A stretch of DNA of 36,318 bases. Source: Octopus bimaculoides. Taxonomy: Eukaryota. Shown here piece by piece: positions 34,298-36,318 of this stretch (position 1 is its first letter; every line of letters begins with the position of its first letter). Both the position numbers and the translations under genes were made by a program. Under the pieces are notes generated by a model that saw nothing but the letters and a program-made list of their open reading frames with translations, was not told the DNA's origin and made no database searches. The stretch spans positions 14,333,183-14,369,500 of the forward strand of contig NC_068990.1 in assembly GCF_001194135.2 (NCBI RefSeq). Reading direction: 5' to 3'.

Positions 34298-34499
34298 TTT
34301 TAATCATAATATATGTAAAATTTCGAAATATCGTGACTTTACAGTTTACAGAAGCGCATTTATCTGATGGCCTCACTCTCATGATGTGTGAAAGAGCGTT
34401 TTCCAAATATTGCACTTCTTAGAATCAATGTCTTAAAATCAATGTCTCGCTACCACGATTGATAATTGAGTTAACGATTATTCGCAGATTCATTCTTAA

Positions 34500-34880
34500 G
34501 ACGTGGAGATAGGTTCAGACGCAAAATATGCTAATCGCTGTAGTGTATATCGTAGCAGAATAACTTCATTTTACGACGACAGTGTGTACAACACACTTGA
34601 CTCATTGGCACACAGCATCCTGAGACACCGGTGTTTCAACATGTTGTGCCTCATCAGCCAGAAGTAACCGAAAGTCTGAGCCTAGAGAAGCCACCAGCTT
34701 TGTTTTTACTTTCAACGACCAAATTGCTTGCTGAGCGGTATTTATATCTACCAATCGATATAAAATCGTTTTTTACACCACGTACAGCGAGAACTGGAAG
34801 AAAGATTTGCATATAACGCATCTAGGCAGATTCAAACGTAAAATATACTACAGAGTTACATGGAGATAACACACATCAGC
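34500..34880 (+). pseudogene. Decayed Ty3/Gypsy pol fragment (RNase H-integrase linker)
   Basis: NMLIA (~MLIADxLSR), FTFNDQIAC (~YF.FRDEL), KIVFYTTYSENWKKDLHITHLG (~RIVIP..LR.....LH..HLG). Confidence 0.45.
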
Positions 34881-34923
34881 AATCGGTGGAGAGAACGTAG
34901 ACGTAGAGAGGAGGAATTTTACT

Positions 34924-35095
34924 CAGTAACATAGCTAGTTGGGGAGGCAATGGGGCAGTCCACCCCTGTCTATGCTTTTATGGGAGCGGTAAGTTTTAGG
35001 TCTGCTATATAAACCTGTATGGGGTAAAAAGGGAATAGAGAGGAACGGTAAATTTAGGGCTGTACCGGGCAGCACACATTCAAACTATGCCACTG
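34924..35095. mobile_element. hAT-like MITE (172 bp)
   Basis: Termini cagtaacatagctag vs (rc) cagtggcatagtttg, 11/15. Flanking 8-mers attttact and ctttgact match 6/8, consistent with an 8-bp TSD. Confidence 0.55.
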
Positions 35096-35208
35096 CTTTG
35101 ACTTATATATACCAAAATGTGAAAAGAAAATAATAATCGAAGAAATAAGTGGTATAAATATGTTCAAAAACACTGAGATAATGATCTTTAAATATTAACA
35201 AGTTGAAG

Positions 35209-35425
35209 AAGCCGAGCTGGCAGAAACGTTAGCACGCCAGCCGAAATGCTTAGCGGTATTTCGCCTATCTTTACTTTCTGAGTTCAAATTCCGCTGAGGT
35301 GAACTTTACCTTTCATCCTTTCGGGGTCGATAAATTAAGTACCAGTTGCGTACTGGGATCGATCTAATCGACTGGTCCCCTCCCCAAAAATTTCGAGCCT
35401 TGTGCCTAGAGCAGAAAAGAATATT
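35209..35425 (+). mobile_element. SINE type A2 with 18-bp TSD
   Basis: TSD aatattaacaagttgaag (35191-35208) vs aatattaacaagatgaag (35420-35437). Confidence 0.9.
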
Positions 35426-35436
35426 AACAAGATGAA

Positions 35437-35715
35437 GGCTCGAACTAGCGGAGTCGTTAACGCTTCAGGTAAAATGTTTAGCAGTATTTCGCCTTCTTTA
35501 CGTGTTGAGTCCAAATTCCGCCGAGGTCGACTTTGCTTTCCATCTTTTCAGGATCTATAAAATAAGTACCAGTTGATCACTGCTACTTATTTTATCGACC
35601 CCGAAAAAAATGAAAGGCAAAGTCGATATCGGCGGAATTTGAACTCAGAACGTAAAGACTGACGAAATGCAGTTAAGCATTTTGTCGGGCGCAGTAACAA
35701 TTCTGACAGCTAGCC
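35437..35715. mobile_element. Fold-back of two tail-less type A SINE halves (+ 35437-35573, - 35579-35715)
   Basis: Both arms stop at the internal cagt-N5-actg hairpin centred on 35574-35578. Confidence 0.8.
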
Positions 35716-36144
35716 ATCATGCTTTTCATGATAATATTAGAAATCCAAATGCTCAATTTTAATTCCTATTATATATATTTGGAGACACATTAACGTAACG
35801 AATGTTCTACACATGCCTAGTAATCCAGTTAAAATATTTGGTATTCATAATATGATATGCTTAGAAAATAACAGAACAAGGGCACTGTTAAACTTATTGA
35901 AGTACAGAAGACCACCTGATAGCACATAAGAAGCTTAACATTATTTTCCACGACAGGAAGGGTTATAGTGTACTAAAGATCCACAGAGTAGTGTCAAATC
36001 CCGATAATGTTGTACAGAAGCGAGCTGAGAGTCAAGAAATAACACAAGTTTAGATATCTAAAAGAAAGAAAAGGAAATCATGACTTTTAAGGAATCTATC
36101 CAGCATCACATTTTTCATTGGATATATATCATTCTTTTTTATAT

Positions 36145-36318
36145 TCGTTTTACTTGTTTCAGCCATCTCACTGCGGCCATGCTGGAGCACCGCCTTAAAG
36201 GGTACTTATTCTATCGGTATCTTTTGGCGAACCGCTAGATTACGGGGACATAAACACACCAGCATCGGTTGTTAAGCGATGGTGGGAGGACAAACATAAA
36301 CACACAAAGATATATATA
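36145..36318 (-). mobile_element. SINE type B 3' half, cut by the window end
   Basis: ttttacttgtttcag...gcggccatgctggagcaccgcc...cacaccagcatcggttg matches 5108-5300. Confidence 0.85.

Overview
AT-rich, gap-riddled eukaryotic non-coding DNA, dense in microsatellites and decayed transposons. The SINE families look like those I recall from octopus/coleoid cephalopod genomes; that is recognition from memory, not a database result. I find no intact protein-coding gene, rRNA, true tRNA or CRISPR array. Most ORFs in the supplied track are artefacts of N-runs or simple repeats. Supported content: four tRNA-headed SINE types (labelled A/A2, B, C, D here), two TIR-bounded internally deleted Tc1/mariner elements (mariner-type and DD37D maT-type), piggyBac- and hAT-like MITEs, three R4/Dong-like RLE LINE fossils, an RTE 3' end, and an L1/Tx1-like ORF1 with a frameshift-hidden CCHC knuckle. 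Weaker calls are L1, I/Nimb, Gypsy and Penelope-like remnants. Best leads: a minimal type I hammerhead ribozyme variant in a Penelope-type repeat, a candidate recursive-splice (AG|GTGAGT) site, a SINE-derived fold-back, a chain of (TAA)n-associated retroelements, two paralogous decayed coding segments, and a degenerate ~25-bp array. None is established as a new system from sequence alone. Element identities rest on manual translation and motif recall. Large gaps: 660-1110, 4036-4373, 5340-5613, 6809-7482, 8508-8640, 19259-19474, 24844-25720.
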